Shown here in pieces: positions 8,120 to 16,076 of a DNA stretch of 64,000 nt. The stretch comes from an uncultured virus (IMG/VR IMGVR_UViG_3300042397_001164) (taxonomy: Duplodnaviria; Heunggongvirae; Uroviricota; Caudoviricetes; Crassvirales), in the IMG/VR virus record IMGVR_UViG_3300042397_001164; one strand, 5' to 3'. Numbering within the stretch: the first letter of the stretch is position 1; every line of letters begins with the position of its first letter. The notes under the pieces were generated by a model. That model was not told the origin of the DNA and did no database searches. It saw nothing but the letters and a program-made list of their open reading frames with translations. The translations under genes and the position numbers were made by a program.

Positions 8120-8281
8120 ATGAAAAAATTAATTGGGATTTTTCAGGTAATCTTTTTCTTTTTAGTTGGCATACCAACTTTTATTTTAATCTATGGCACG
8201 ATTATTATTTCCTTTGCAATAAAGGAGTTAATCCTCATCATTATCTTCTGGAGGCGCAAGGTCAATCTGGACAACAGATAG
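8120..8281 (+). CDS. Small membrane protein (53 aa, not in ORF track)
   Basis: Translated by hand: MKKLIGIFQVIFFFLVGIPTFILIYGTIIISFAIKELILIIIFWRRKVNLDNR; A-rich leader; overlaps the convergent gene. Confidence 0.55.
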   Translation: MKKLIGIFQVIFFFLVGIPTFILIYGTIIISFAIKELILIIIFWRRKVNLDNR

Positions 8282-8389
8282 TATCTTTAGATCCTTGTAT
8301 TTTTGTAGCACATCAGACATTGAAACGGCATAAACTAACTTGGTCATTTTAGTTCCGTCCTTATCAAAGAATATGCGGTACGTTTTCAT
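8228..8389 (-). CDS. Hypothetical protein
   Basis: Track ORF 8228..8416; probable start MKTYR at 8389, coupled (TGATG) to the upstream gene. Confidence 0.55.
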   Translation of the reverse strand: MKTYRIFFDKDGTKMTKLVYAVSMSDVLQKYKDLKILSVVQIDLAPPEDNDED

Positions 8390-8613
8390 CAGTTTTGCCA
8401 TTTGCCTTTTGGACAAGCATCTGCCCCCTTTGGTGAGAAAACTTTTTTACTTGTTGTGCAGCCACATACTTCACAATAGTCCCTGACTTTACCCTGAACC
8501 CAGTGTTCACAATCAAAACAAATTAAGAGCCTTTCTTGCGCAAGCTGACTTTCTTCCTCTGTTGGATTAAGGGCAGCTGCGTAGGATAGGAATATTTCTT
8601 TTAACTTGTTCAT
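8389..8613 (-). CDS. Small Cys-rich (CxxC...CxxCxC...CP) protein
   Basis: RLLICFDCEH, CEVCGC and CPKGKW; probable metal-binding domain. Confidence 0.75.
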   Translation of the reverse strand: MNKLKEIFLSYAAALNPTEEESQLAQERLLICFDCEHWVQGKVRDYCEVCGCTTSKKVFSPKGADACPKGKWQN

Positions 8614-9470
8614 ACGAATAAATTGGTATAATCGGAGTGGTTACCCCAATAATCATGAGTTAAAGATAAATTATCTTTGCGATATATTGAGTTATGGCTG
8701 GTAAAATGTATGCCATGATTGATATGGATAGCTTGATTTTGGCATTTCCATTGGGTTCTATTCATGGTTTGCGTTTCAATCATACCGCTATTAGTACGCA
8801 ATGCATTGGGTAAAATATTCAAGCAATGCTCAATGGCATCATCAAATCTCATAGTCATTTGGTGGAACGGCTCATCATTTTGGCCTCTCTCTTGCCATCC
8901 ATTGATACAAACGCCCCCGTAATTCATATTGGTAAGCACGCTGCCTCTGTTAAAATCAGGGAAATCAAAGTAACCTTCGGGGTACATTACATCATGCTCT
9001 AAAAATGAAACGTAATCATAATCTCCGGTTTCTTTGGCTGCATAAAGACACTGCATAATTTGGAGCAACTGATTAAGATGAGATTGGGATTGGTACCAGC
9101 TTCTAACTTGATGAAAAGGATTTTCCGGCATAGGCTCCCACATACAAGTTACAATGTCTGCCACGCCATTGCTGGCTTTCTTAATTGTATCTAATGATTT
9201 GTAGATTGAAGGCCATATCTTTTTATTGTTGTTATTGGAATAAAATATGCCCAATTTTCTATTCTTAGATTTTGGGTATACAAATATACTACCTTCCCTT
9301 ACACTGAATAAATTGCCGTCTATATCCAACTCCAAGTACTTTACCTGACCAACGGCGGGATCACCTATAATATCATTATTACACCTTACTATAAGCTTGT
9401 CTGATACTACTTTATCTCTAATTAATTGAGTACAATCTTGACCTCCGTATGTTGCTTTATTTATGATCAT
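8610..9470 (-). CDS. Lectin-like (SUEL/Gal-lectin-type) N-terminus fused to a GT-A glycosyltransferase-like domain
   Basis: N-terminal IINKATYG...NNDIIGDPAVGQVKYL resembles the GDPCPGxxKYL signature; C-terminal YVSFLEHDVMYP resembles a GT-A DxD region. Confidence 0.55.
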   Translation of the reverse strand: MIINKATYGGQDCTQLIRDKVVSDKLIVRCNNDIIGDPAVGQVKYLELDIDGNLFSVREGSIFVYPKSKNRKLGIFYSNNNNKKIWPSIYKSLDTIKKASNGVADIVTCMWEPMPENPFHQVRSWYQSQSHLNQLLQIMQCLYAAKETGDYDYVSFLEHDVMYPEGYFDFPDFNRGSVLTNMNYGGVCINGWQERGQNDEPFHQMTMRFDDAIEHCLNILPNALRTNSGMIETQTMNRTQWKCQNQAIHINHGIHFTSHNSIYRKDNLSLTHDYWGNHSDYTNLFV

Positions 9471-9471
9471 A

Positions 9472-9984
9472 TTATCTTTTTGCGTGCATTATGCCCATTT
9501 CATTAATATCTGTACAGAACCAACCAAATTTGTTAGTTGCAAATATATCAAACCCTAATTCAGTTAATTTCTTTTCTAGTATTTCTTTGCATGTAGGATT
9601 GTGGTATTCAACCGCTATCTCCTTTACTGATTCAAATTGTTCAGCAGTAATATCCTTCATGTGTTGCTCATGTCCTTCTATGTCCATCTTGATTAGCTCT
9701 GGCTTATAATCTGTAATCAAGCCCAGTAAATCATCAAAATTAGAAATAGTTTTACAAACAAAAGTATGCTCAGGGAAAGTTGCATTTAGCTTTTCAATTT
9801 CTTGGCATGATGCGTCTACGCCAATTACTTTTTTAGCTCCTCTATTTATAAAGTATTGAGGCGTTGATTCAAATGGCTGGAACAACCAACCACAACCTAA
9901 ATCTAACACTACCTTACCTTCTACATTTTGAATGTCATTCCAATGTTCTAATGGATTTTCCGACTCTACTACTTTTGTTGTCAT
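9472..9984 (-). CDS. SAM-dependent methyltransferase (FkbM-like)
   Basis: VLDLGCG SAM-binding motif, VIGVDAS, IKMDIEGHE, IAVEYH. Confidence 0.8.
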   Translation of the reverse strand: MTTKVVESENPLEHWNDIQNVEGKVVLDLGCGWLFQPFESTPQYFINRGAKKVIGVDASCQEIEKLNATFPEHTFVCKTISNFDDLLGLITDYKPELIKMDIEGHEQHMKDITAEQFESVKEIAVEYHNPTCKEILEKKLTELGFDIFATNKFGWFCTDINEMGIMHAKR

Positions 9985-10910
9985 AATAAAACTGATTTTT
10001 TAGCTGTTTCTTGTATAATATCCCAGTACTTCTTGCTGGCTGTTCCTTCGTTTATATTCAATGTTGCACTATAGGGCAACTGATTCATGTATTCTGCTTT
10101 GTAGAATAATCCACCGGCAGATGTAACAACACCGGCATTGTGGAATATATTTAACCTATCCCAATCTGCTTCTGTACTTGTACCCCATGAAAATTCTAAT
10201 TCTGGATGGCATATTGTTTCTGCTCCACGCTTCCAACCATTCCATAACACTGCCCACATATCTGCACACCATATCTGTAATTCATGATGTGTTGGGTCTA
10301 ATTGTTTCTTCTCATTATTCAGGTGAGTTACTTCATTGAATAATCTTTCGCAATCTTTTTCAACATCTGCCCAAAACTGAGCATTGATACCCTTCATTAA
10401 ATATTGCGCACCAATTGAGTTAAGCTCATTATCTTTTATTAATGATTCTGGTATGTCTACTATCTCACACATCTTATCCATTACGTCTTGGCCTTTACCT
10501 ATAATATAGCTATGGGCTATGTACCAACGGCAGTCAGATCCATACCACTTATCATCTTCAAGGAACTGCTCCCAGTTTATCTTTTTGGTAAAAGCTATGT
10601 CGCAATCATGATAAAGAACTGCTTCTTGCTCTATGGATTTATTTTGTTCAAAGTGTTGCTTCAATATGTTAGGACGTATTGAAGATATGTAGTGCCTAGT
10701 TTCTCTGGTATCAGAATAAAAAAAGAACCTTGCAGGGTAATTGGCAGCTAACTTGGTCCACTCCTCCGGAATAACATCATTCACCTTCCAGCAAACAATA
10801 TCTATCATATCAGGATTGATACCCATTTCAATAAAGTTATTTATCATAACTTCTACTTGCCACGCGTAATAAAGGGAGGTTGGTTGAGCGCAGATGAATC
10901 TTAACTTCAT
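9981..10910 (-). CDS. Putative protein O-glycosyltransferase, HPAT/SGT1 (GT95/GT96)-like
   Basis: YYAWQ, YISSIRP, VLYHDCDIAF (DxD) and WCADMWA match in order the YxxWQ, NRP/NKP, DxD and WxxEMY motifs of plant HPAT/SGT1; start set at MKLRF (10910), downstream of the promoter. Confidence 0.6.
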   Translation of the reverse strand: MKLRFICAQPTSLYYAWQVEVMINNFIEMGINPDMIDIVCWKVNDVIPEEWTKLAANYPARFFFYSDTRETRHYISSIRPNILKQHFEQNKSIEQEAVLYHDCDIAFTKKINWEQFLEDDKWYGSDCRWYIAHSYIIGKGQDVMDKMCEIVDIPESLIKDNELNSIGAQYLMKGINAQFWADVEKDCERLFNEVTHLNNEKKQLDPTHHELQIWCADMWAVLWNGWKRGAETICHPELEFSWGTSTEADWDRLNIFHNAGVVTSAGGLFYKAEYMNQLPYSATLNINEGTASKKYWDIIQETAKKSVLL

Positions 10911-10922
10911 GTATTTTTTTTC

Positions 10923-10949
10923 CAAAGTTAAACGAGTTAATTAAATTAA
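10923..10949 (-). promoter_or_regulatory. Bacteroidota -7 promoter element with TTAATTAAATTAA box
   Basis: CAAAGTTA (TAACTTTG on - strand) at 10923-10930; box at 10937-10949. Confidence 0.7.
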
Positions 10950-10960
10950 AAAATTATTTT

Positions 10961-11317
10961 TTAGTGTTTAACTATTAGCTGCTTCTTGTCTATGAATTTG
11001 TAAATAAACTCAGCTATGTGACCTGATAACCATGCTCCAGCTTCATCATCTACAATACCTCTGTCACTTTTTATTACATTAACCATGTGGTAATTTTCAT
11101 GTGATAGGGTATTGTGGCTCAAATACTTTTGCTCTATAATCATGTAATAGACATCTATGTCTGGGGTGATAACTGTACCTTCTGCATCTCCTTCAAACAT
11201 CTGCTCCATTTTATGCTTTTTGTATACTTTATTAGCTTCATTGATTAATGAATCTGTAATAATAAGTACCACCTTGCAACCATAGGTAGATATTTTCAAT
11301 GTAGAAGTTAGTTTCAT
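10961..11317 (-). CDS. Putative zincin-like HExxH protein
   Basis: TLSHENYH...DDEAGAW. Confidence 0.55.
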   Translation of the reverse strand: MKLTSTLKISTYGCKVVLIITDSLINEANKVYKKHKMEQMFEGDAEGTVITPDIDVYYMIIEQKYLSHNTLSHENYHMVNVIKSDRGIVDDEAGAWLSGHIAEFIYKFIDKKQLIVKH

Positions 11318-11526
11318 TGGTCATTATTTATTATTCTATTAATATACCAAACTGCCTTTTTTAAATCTTCCTTACCACCTTTTCGTTTCCACCTCCACAA
11401 ATACTTTATAGCATTGCCAGTAGCAAATGCTTCATCTCCTTCCAACCCCTTTACTGCTTCCTCAATTGCATCTATGCACTCTATCTTTCCAGCATTGTAA
11501 TGTGCTGGGTGATCAACCTTTTCCAT
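11314..11526 (-). CDS. DUF3310 protein (T7 gp1.7-like nucleotide kinase family)
   Basis: VDHPAHY, IECIDAI, GNAIKYLWR, EDLKKAVWY. Confidence 0.85.
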   Translation of the reverse strand: MEKVDHPAHYNAGKIECIDAIEEAVKGLEGDEAFATGNAIKYLWRWKRKGGKEDLKKAVWYINRIINNDQ

Positions 11527-12509
11527 TATAATATTTTACCCTGAAATATACGCTTATTCTTAAATTCAAAATCCTCTCCGTTTTCATCTAAATCTACTTC
11601 TGCAAAGCCATGATTCCATTTGTTTAATGGCATGTATGCAGGGTGAAGTTCCGACAAACAGCCAAGACTCCAAGTAGTAACCATTTTACCAGAAAGGGTA
11701 GGTTCAGTATGCTCACTTGTTTGGTGATTATGCCCCTGAAAACAACTAACTTTAGATTTAAGGAACAGGCCTCGCGCCGGATTTACTGGGGCAGATATAC
11801 CGCCAATATATTCGTGACCATGAATACCCCACAAGTTATTCAACTTCATAGGTCTTTTATCTGCTATGACTTCAATACCTCTGGCTCTTGCCTTGATGAT
11901 ATTTTGAAATTCAAACTCCTCAATACCTACCAGCTCTGCTGCTTTCTCATAAAGAAAATGCTCATATCTCTCCTCGTGATTTCCAAGTTTAAAATAGATT
12001 TTACATTTTAATTCCTTTTCAAACACATCAAACAAAGCCTTGAATGTATCAAGTTCTAATTTGAAGTTACGTTTCTTTGGATCTTTAATAAATCTACTTA
12101 GCCTATGGCAGTCTATTGTATCTCCGTTTAATAACAAGGCATCTGGCTTACTTTTCTTTAAGTAATCAAGTGCAGCAGTTATGCTTGAAATGTTGTGGTA
12201 TGGTACATGAATATCAGACAATATAGCTACTCGCTTATGTCCTTTTATTTCATAGGGAATGAAATCCGTTTCATCGCTATCAGGCAAATTGTAAGGGTTC
12301 TTTGGTCTTTCTGGCATTTGTATTATAGTTTTGAATTTTCTATTTTCAGGCCCATGTTTTCCCTCTATGTATCTTAAAACCAATCTTGCATCTTCTACGT
12401 TTTTAAAGGTAAGATTGTTTTCAGCATACATTATTCTAGCTAGTTTCAGAGTCGGCATTTCCCAGCCATGCTTCTCTCTGTACTCTCTTGCTATGTCTGA
12501 TTTGTTCAT
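11526..12509 (-). CDS. Calcineurin-like metallophosphoesterase
   Basis: SDIH, NGD, GNHE, HGH and GHNH metal-binding motifs. Confidence 0.85.
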   Translation of the reverse strand: MNKSDIAREYREKHGWEMPTLKLARIMYAENNLTFKNVEDARLVLRYIEGKHGPENRKFKTIIQMPERPKNPYNLPDSDETDFIPYEIKGHKRVAILSDIHVPYHNISSITAALDYLKKSKPDALLLNGDTIDCHRLSRFIKDPKKRNFKLELDTFKALFDVFEKELKCKIYFKLGNHEERYEHFLYEKAAELVGIEEFEFQNIIKARARGIEVIADKRPMKLNNLWGIHGHEYIGGISAPVNPARGLFLKSKVSCFQGHNHQTSEHTEPTLSGKMVTTWSLGCLSELHPAYMPLNKWNHGFAEVDLDENGEDFEFKNKRIFQGKIL

Positions 12510-13108
12510 TATGCTAGGGTGCTATGAAATAAGCTAAATTTATCCTTTCTATCATCAAGACCATGAGTTCCTCCGTTCACACGCTTTGTTACTGCTACAA
12601 CTACATCATGGCTATGTCCTTTGTCGCATACGTCCCATAGATTATTCTTATGGAAAAAGAAAGCTGCTGAAGTAAGTGGGTATTTGGTAGCCACTAAATC
12701 TGGATCAGCCATAATATCATCATCTACAAACTTATCAAACGCTGCGTAATTATCCTTACCAGTAAGCTGAATATAACCACGACCTCTGAATTTAAAACCA
12801 TCTCCTGAAGCTTCATCACCATTACCCATACGTCCGCCATAAACTTTGTTGGCAATCTTTTCTGGTTGTCTTGCATACTTTTCTGCTATTTCTGTAGTTG
12901 GGAAATATTTAGGAAATATCTTACGAAGCCCATCAGCAGAATAGTTTAAGTTTTCTTTTACGAACTTAAAGTTACCGCTTTCATGAGCGCATTGAGATAA
13001 AAAATGAGATAACCTCAATGGACCATCAATACCAAACTTTTCAATAATTAAAGGTATTTCCTCCATTACGTTTGCAGGAAGTTTCTTGGATAATGCTTCT
13101 AGTTTCAT
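12509..13108 (-). CDS. Endolysin, glycoside hydrolase family 19
   Basis: FLSQCAHESG, ENLNYS, FRGRGYIQLTGKDNY, VTKRVNGGTHGLDDR. Confidence 0.92.
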   Translation of the reverse strand: MKLEALSKKLPANVMEEIPLIIEKFGIDGPLRLSHFLSQCAHESGNFKFVKENLNYSADGLRKIFPKYFPTTEIAEKYARQPEKIANKVYGGRMGNGDEASGDGFKFRGRGYIQLTGKDNYAAFDKFVDDDIMADPDLVATKYPLTSAAFFFHKNNLWDVCDKGHSHDVVVAVTKRVNGGTHGLDDRKDKFSLFHSTLA

Positions 13109-13109
13109 T

Positions 13110-13544
13110 TTATTTTATTTTAAAATCTTTATTAATACCAATTGAATATGCTCCAAAAGTTCCACCAAAGGCACTTTGCGCTCCATAACTCAAAACAAAG
13201 GAATATTCTTTCTTCATTGGGATAGTATAATTGAAGTCATACTCCATTGTTATATCTTTATGGTAATAAAAGTAACCAATAGCAGCGCTTACGCTAAATT
13301 TATCATAAATAGGAAAAGTTACCATTAGTTCTTGGTAAAAATCCTTGCTATCATAGGTCCACCAGCCACTATTTATTCCAATGGCAGTATTTCCAAAATA
13401 CTTACCCACCTCAATAGTTCCGCCCAATAAATTTTTAGTATCATTCAATGGTGTATTAAATGCTACGTTGGGAGCTGCCATAACATAGTATTGGGCCTTT
13501 CCCTTTAACGCAAAACATAAACATATTATTGCTATAAATCTCAT
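13110..13544 (-). CDS. Exported protein, probable small outer-membrane beta-barrel
   Basis: Signal peptide ending GKA-Q, then amphipathic aromatic-rich beta-strand pattern. Confidence 0.5.
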   Translation of the reverse strand: MRFIAIICLCFALKGKAQYYVMAAPNVAFNTPLNDTKNLLGGTIEVGKYFGNTAIGINSGWWTYDSKDFYQELMVTFPIYDKFSVSAAIGYFYYHKDITMEYDFNYTIPMKKEYSFVLSYGAQSAFGGTFGAYSIGINKDFKIK

Positions 13545-14197
13545 TTCTTTTTATTTTTAACGGCAGCTTTCTTAATTGGTTTTTTAACAGCTCTTTTGGT
13601 TGTCTTTTTCTCCAACTTTGGATTCTTAAACATATCATATATAATAGATCCTAAAAGCGCAATGGCTAGAGCAATAGCTCCTATCATGAAGTTGGAAAAC
13701 TTATTAAGAAGGGTTATCATTCCTTTGGTTTCTTTAGCCCCTATTGTTGTTTGAATGTCTATTAGGTCATTTACATACTCTAAAACAGGATAAATTCTTA
13801 TATCCATTTCTCTGGCTTCATCATCTGTAACTATGCCATCTGCTGATATTTGAGCAAAATAATTGTCGGCAGAATCTATATACTTTTGAGCTTTGTCGCT
13901 TACTTCTTTTTCTTCTCCAGTCTGGTATGTCTTTAGATAGGCAGCCCACATTGTATCTGTGATTTCTTTTTCCTTTTGAATAGAAACTAAATCAATCTTA
14001 CCGCCCTTTATAACTTTAATTTGGTCTTGTATTGCTGAGCCGTAATAATCAAACTTTCGGCTCAAATAAGGCTGCGGTACTAATCTATCTTCATAAACAC
14101 TAGTCGCAGTATTTTTTATGGTGTATTCTACATATTTACCAAACCCAGCAATAGCTAGAATTATGGCAGTTAATATGATTAATAGCGTATTTTTCAT
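13541..14197 (-). CDS. Membrane protein with chemoreceptor-type four-helix-bundle (4HB_MCP-like) periplasmic domain
   Basis: TM helix, then SVYEDRLVP, WAAYLKTYQTGEEKE and LIDIQ, then a second TM helix and a Lys-rich tail. Confidence 0.7.
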   Translation of the reverse strand: MKNTLLIILTAIILAIAGFGKYVEYTIKNTATSVYEDRLVPQPYLSRKFDYYGSAIQDQIKVIKGGKIDLVSIQKEKEITDTMWAAYLKTYQTGEEKEVSDKAQKYIDSADNYFAQISADGIVTDDEAREMDIRIYPVLEYVNDLIDIQTTIGAKETKGMITLLNKFSNFMIGAIALAIALLGSIIYDMFKNPKLEKKTTKRAVKKPIKKAAVKNKKK

Positions 14198-14529
14198 CGT
14201 TTTCTTTTAGCTTTTGGTTGTTCTTTTTTCATAAATGACATAGGATCGGATGCAAATTGACCACTTATCTTTAATACTCCTTGTATTATTTCTGGACTAT
14301 TCAACCCGACTAAACCATATGCAATAGCTTTATACATAGAATTAACCTCAAACTGCTCCATAACAAACCAAGCAATAAGCGAGGCTATCATAGAACTTAT
14401 CATTTTTTTAGCAACATCCTTACCCGACTGCTCTTCATTAGTGGTAACAAGTCGAGCTACCATACCGGCAGCCCCAATGAGTAATACAACCCATCCACCA
14501 TCTAAAAAATGTGCTATAAAATTATCCAA
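14194..14529 (-). CDS. Putative holin
   Basis: Three hydrophobic helices, basic C-terminus, located in the lysis cassette; TTG start. Confidence 0.55.
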   Translation of the reverse strand: MDNFIAHFLDGGWVVLLIGAAGMVARLVTTNEEQSGKDVAKKMISSMIASLIAWFVMEQFEVNSMYKAIAYGLVGLNSPEIIQGVLKISGQFASDPMSFMKKEQPKAKRKR

Positions 14530-14539
14530 CTAAATTAAA

Positions 14540-14800
14540 TTACTTACGATCTTCTTTATTTTGTAACAAAATTAAAATCTGCTCGTTGCTTCTCTTGATG
14601 TCTTTAATATCATCTCTAATTTCTTTCTTATCTGCCTCTAATTGACCGATACGCACTTCATGGTTTTCGTACTTTTTGCCATCATCTTCAAACTTACCGG
14701 TTAACGCAAAGTAGCCACCCATTATTGTGAGAGCAACTAATATTACCGAAGTTTTTGATTGCCAACTTCTTTCAACTTGCTTTTGAATTGTTGCTTCCAT
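14540..14800 (-). CDS. Membrane-anchored coiled-coil protein (lysis cassette)
   Basis: One TM helix followed by a coiled coil. Confidence 0.6.
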   Translation of the reverse strand: MEATIQKQVERSWQSKTSVILVALTIMGGYFALTGKFEDDGKKYENHEVRIGQLEADKKEIRDDIKDIKRSNEQILILLQNKEDRK

Positions 14801-14802
14801 TT

Positions 14803-15063
14803 TTATTCAGATGTTTTATTGCCTTTAAAATTACCAATTAAATCTCCTATCTCCTTTACAGAAGCTAATCCTAAAGAAGTACATACCAAAGTTACAGTAC
14901 CCCATACCAATGATTCGGCTGGAGCTATATGATTTTCGCTATGTGAATTTGAATAAAGTGTCCAGTATAAAAAACCGGCACCTACAATACCTACAAGTCT
15001 TTTGCTTGAATTTGGGCTATCTGCTGAGAAAAATCCAGCTACCCAGTTGAATAATTTTTTCAT
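14803..15063 (-). CDS. Small two-TM membrane protein (holin-like)
   Basis: SSKRL followed by two hydrophobic helices. Confidence 0.55.
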   Translation of the reverse strand: MKKLFNWVAGFFSADSPNSSKRLVGIVGAGFLYWTLYSNSHSENHIAPAESLVWGTVTLVCTSLGLASVKEIGDLIGNFKGNKTSE

Positions 15064-15146
15064 ATAAATAATAATATTAAGAGTACTAAAATAGCGTAAA
15101 CAATAGCGAATACATACCCCTTGATATTATGATTTATACGTTTCAT
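15060..15146 (-). CDS. 28-aa single-TM peptide (not in ORF track)
   Basis: MKRINHNIKGYVFAIVYAILVLLILLFI; ATGA overlaps with both flanking genes. Confidence 0.65.
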   Translation of the reverse strand: MKRINHNIKGYVFAIVYAILVLLILLFI

Positions 15147-15580
15147 TTTTTGAGCTTGGTATAAATGTAAATAACAAGTAGGGCAATAAGAATAAATAGC
15201 AAGAACTTATAAAAGTTATTAGCCATTTTCTTTTTATCTTTTTCAACTATAGTTTTTGTGATTGTTTCTGCCTTTGAAATATTGGCAGAGTCTTTTTTGG
15301 TTAGCTTGGATTCAGATTGCTTCTCGCGGCTGCCAGAAGTCCAAGTTTCTGTATACTTTGGAATGGTTATCATACTATCTTTGGTTACCCATAGGGTATC
15401 GTAGTATGTTATTGTTTTAGTAAAATATTGTTCTTTTTCTATAACCTTTGTAACGCTGTCATAAAACGTAACTCTCACACTATCAATGCTTCTGGTTACG
15501 GTGCTGTCCATTCTCCTTTCGGTTTTCTTAACCGAAGCGCAGCTACAGAAAAAAATCATTATGATAGCGAGTCTATTCAT
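15143..15580 (-). CDS. Putative unimolecular spanin
   Basis: N-terminal lipoprotein signal (MNRLAIIMIFFCS-C), beta-rich middle, C-terminal TM helix followed by Lys residues. Confidence 0.6.
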   Translation of the reverse strand: MNRLAIIMIFFCSCASVKKTERRMDSTVTRSIDSVRVTFYDSVTKVIEKEQYFTKTITYYDTLWVTKDSMITIPKYTETWTSGSREKQSESKLTKKDSANISKAETITKTIVEKDKKKMANNFYKFLLFILIALLVIYIYTKLKK

Positions 15581-15584
15581 CTAT

Positions 15585-15592
15585 CAAAAATA
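15585..15592 (-). promoter_or_regulatory. Bacteroidota -7 promoter element (lysis cassette)
   Basis: TATTTTTG on - strand, 4 nt before the ATG at 15580; a second TAAATTTG at 15605-15612. Confidence 0.5.
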
Positions 15593-15628
15593 ACTTTTTT
15601 CTGTCAAATTTAGCGCAAAAAATATAAA

Positions 15629-16006
15629 TTAATAAGCGTTATACGACTTCTCCTCCACAATGTTGGACTTGTACTTTATGTTGATTTGTTTCTTGATGTC
15701 TGCTCTCTGGTCATTTAGCCTGTAAACCTGCCTTGCCAAAAAGACAAACAACTTATCAAACTCCCTGTCATTTTCGCAATCCCTAAGTGAATCTTCCACC
15801 ACCCATAATTGCCTGTTTATATCCAGAAGCCTATGTGTTAATGGATCTGCTGCTAAATCAGGGAAGATTTCCTTTATCACACTATTGATGTACTTCCATT
15901 CTTTTTTAATGTTAATTTGCTTTTGCTCGTCTAAAATTTCAAATGATTTGATGGTTAAGATGGTGTACTTATCGGCTATTTCGCCAATGCTTACTTCTAT
16001 TTTCAT
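15629..16006 (-). CDS. DUF6165-like protein
   Basis: MKIEVSIGEIADKYTILTIK, INRQLWVVED, NDQRADIK, IVEEKSY; start set at 16006, downstream of the promoter. Confidence 0.75.
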   Translation of the reverse strand: MKIEVSIGEIADKYTILTIKSFEILDEQKQINIKKEWKYINSVIKEIFPDLAADPLTHRLLDINRQLWVVEDSLRDCENDREFDKLFVFLARQVYRLNDQRADIKKQINIKYKSNIVEEKSYNAY

Positions 16007-16021
16007 AATAATTATTTTAGG

Positions 16022-16072
16022 CAAAGATATATTTATTTAATTAAATTAATTACTTTTGCTTAATTAAATTAA
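16022..16072. promoter_or_regulatory. Divergent promoter pair with two TTAATTAAATTAA boxes
   Basis: TATCTTTG (- strand, 16022-16029) and TACTTTTG (+ strand, 16051-16058); boxes at 16037-16049 and 16060-16072. Confidence 0.75.
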
Positions 16073-16076
16073 TTTT

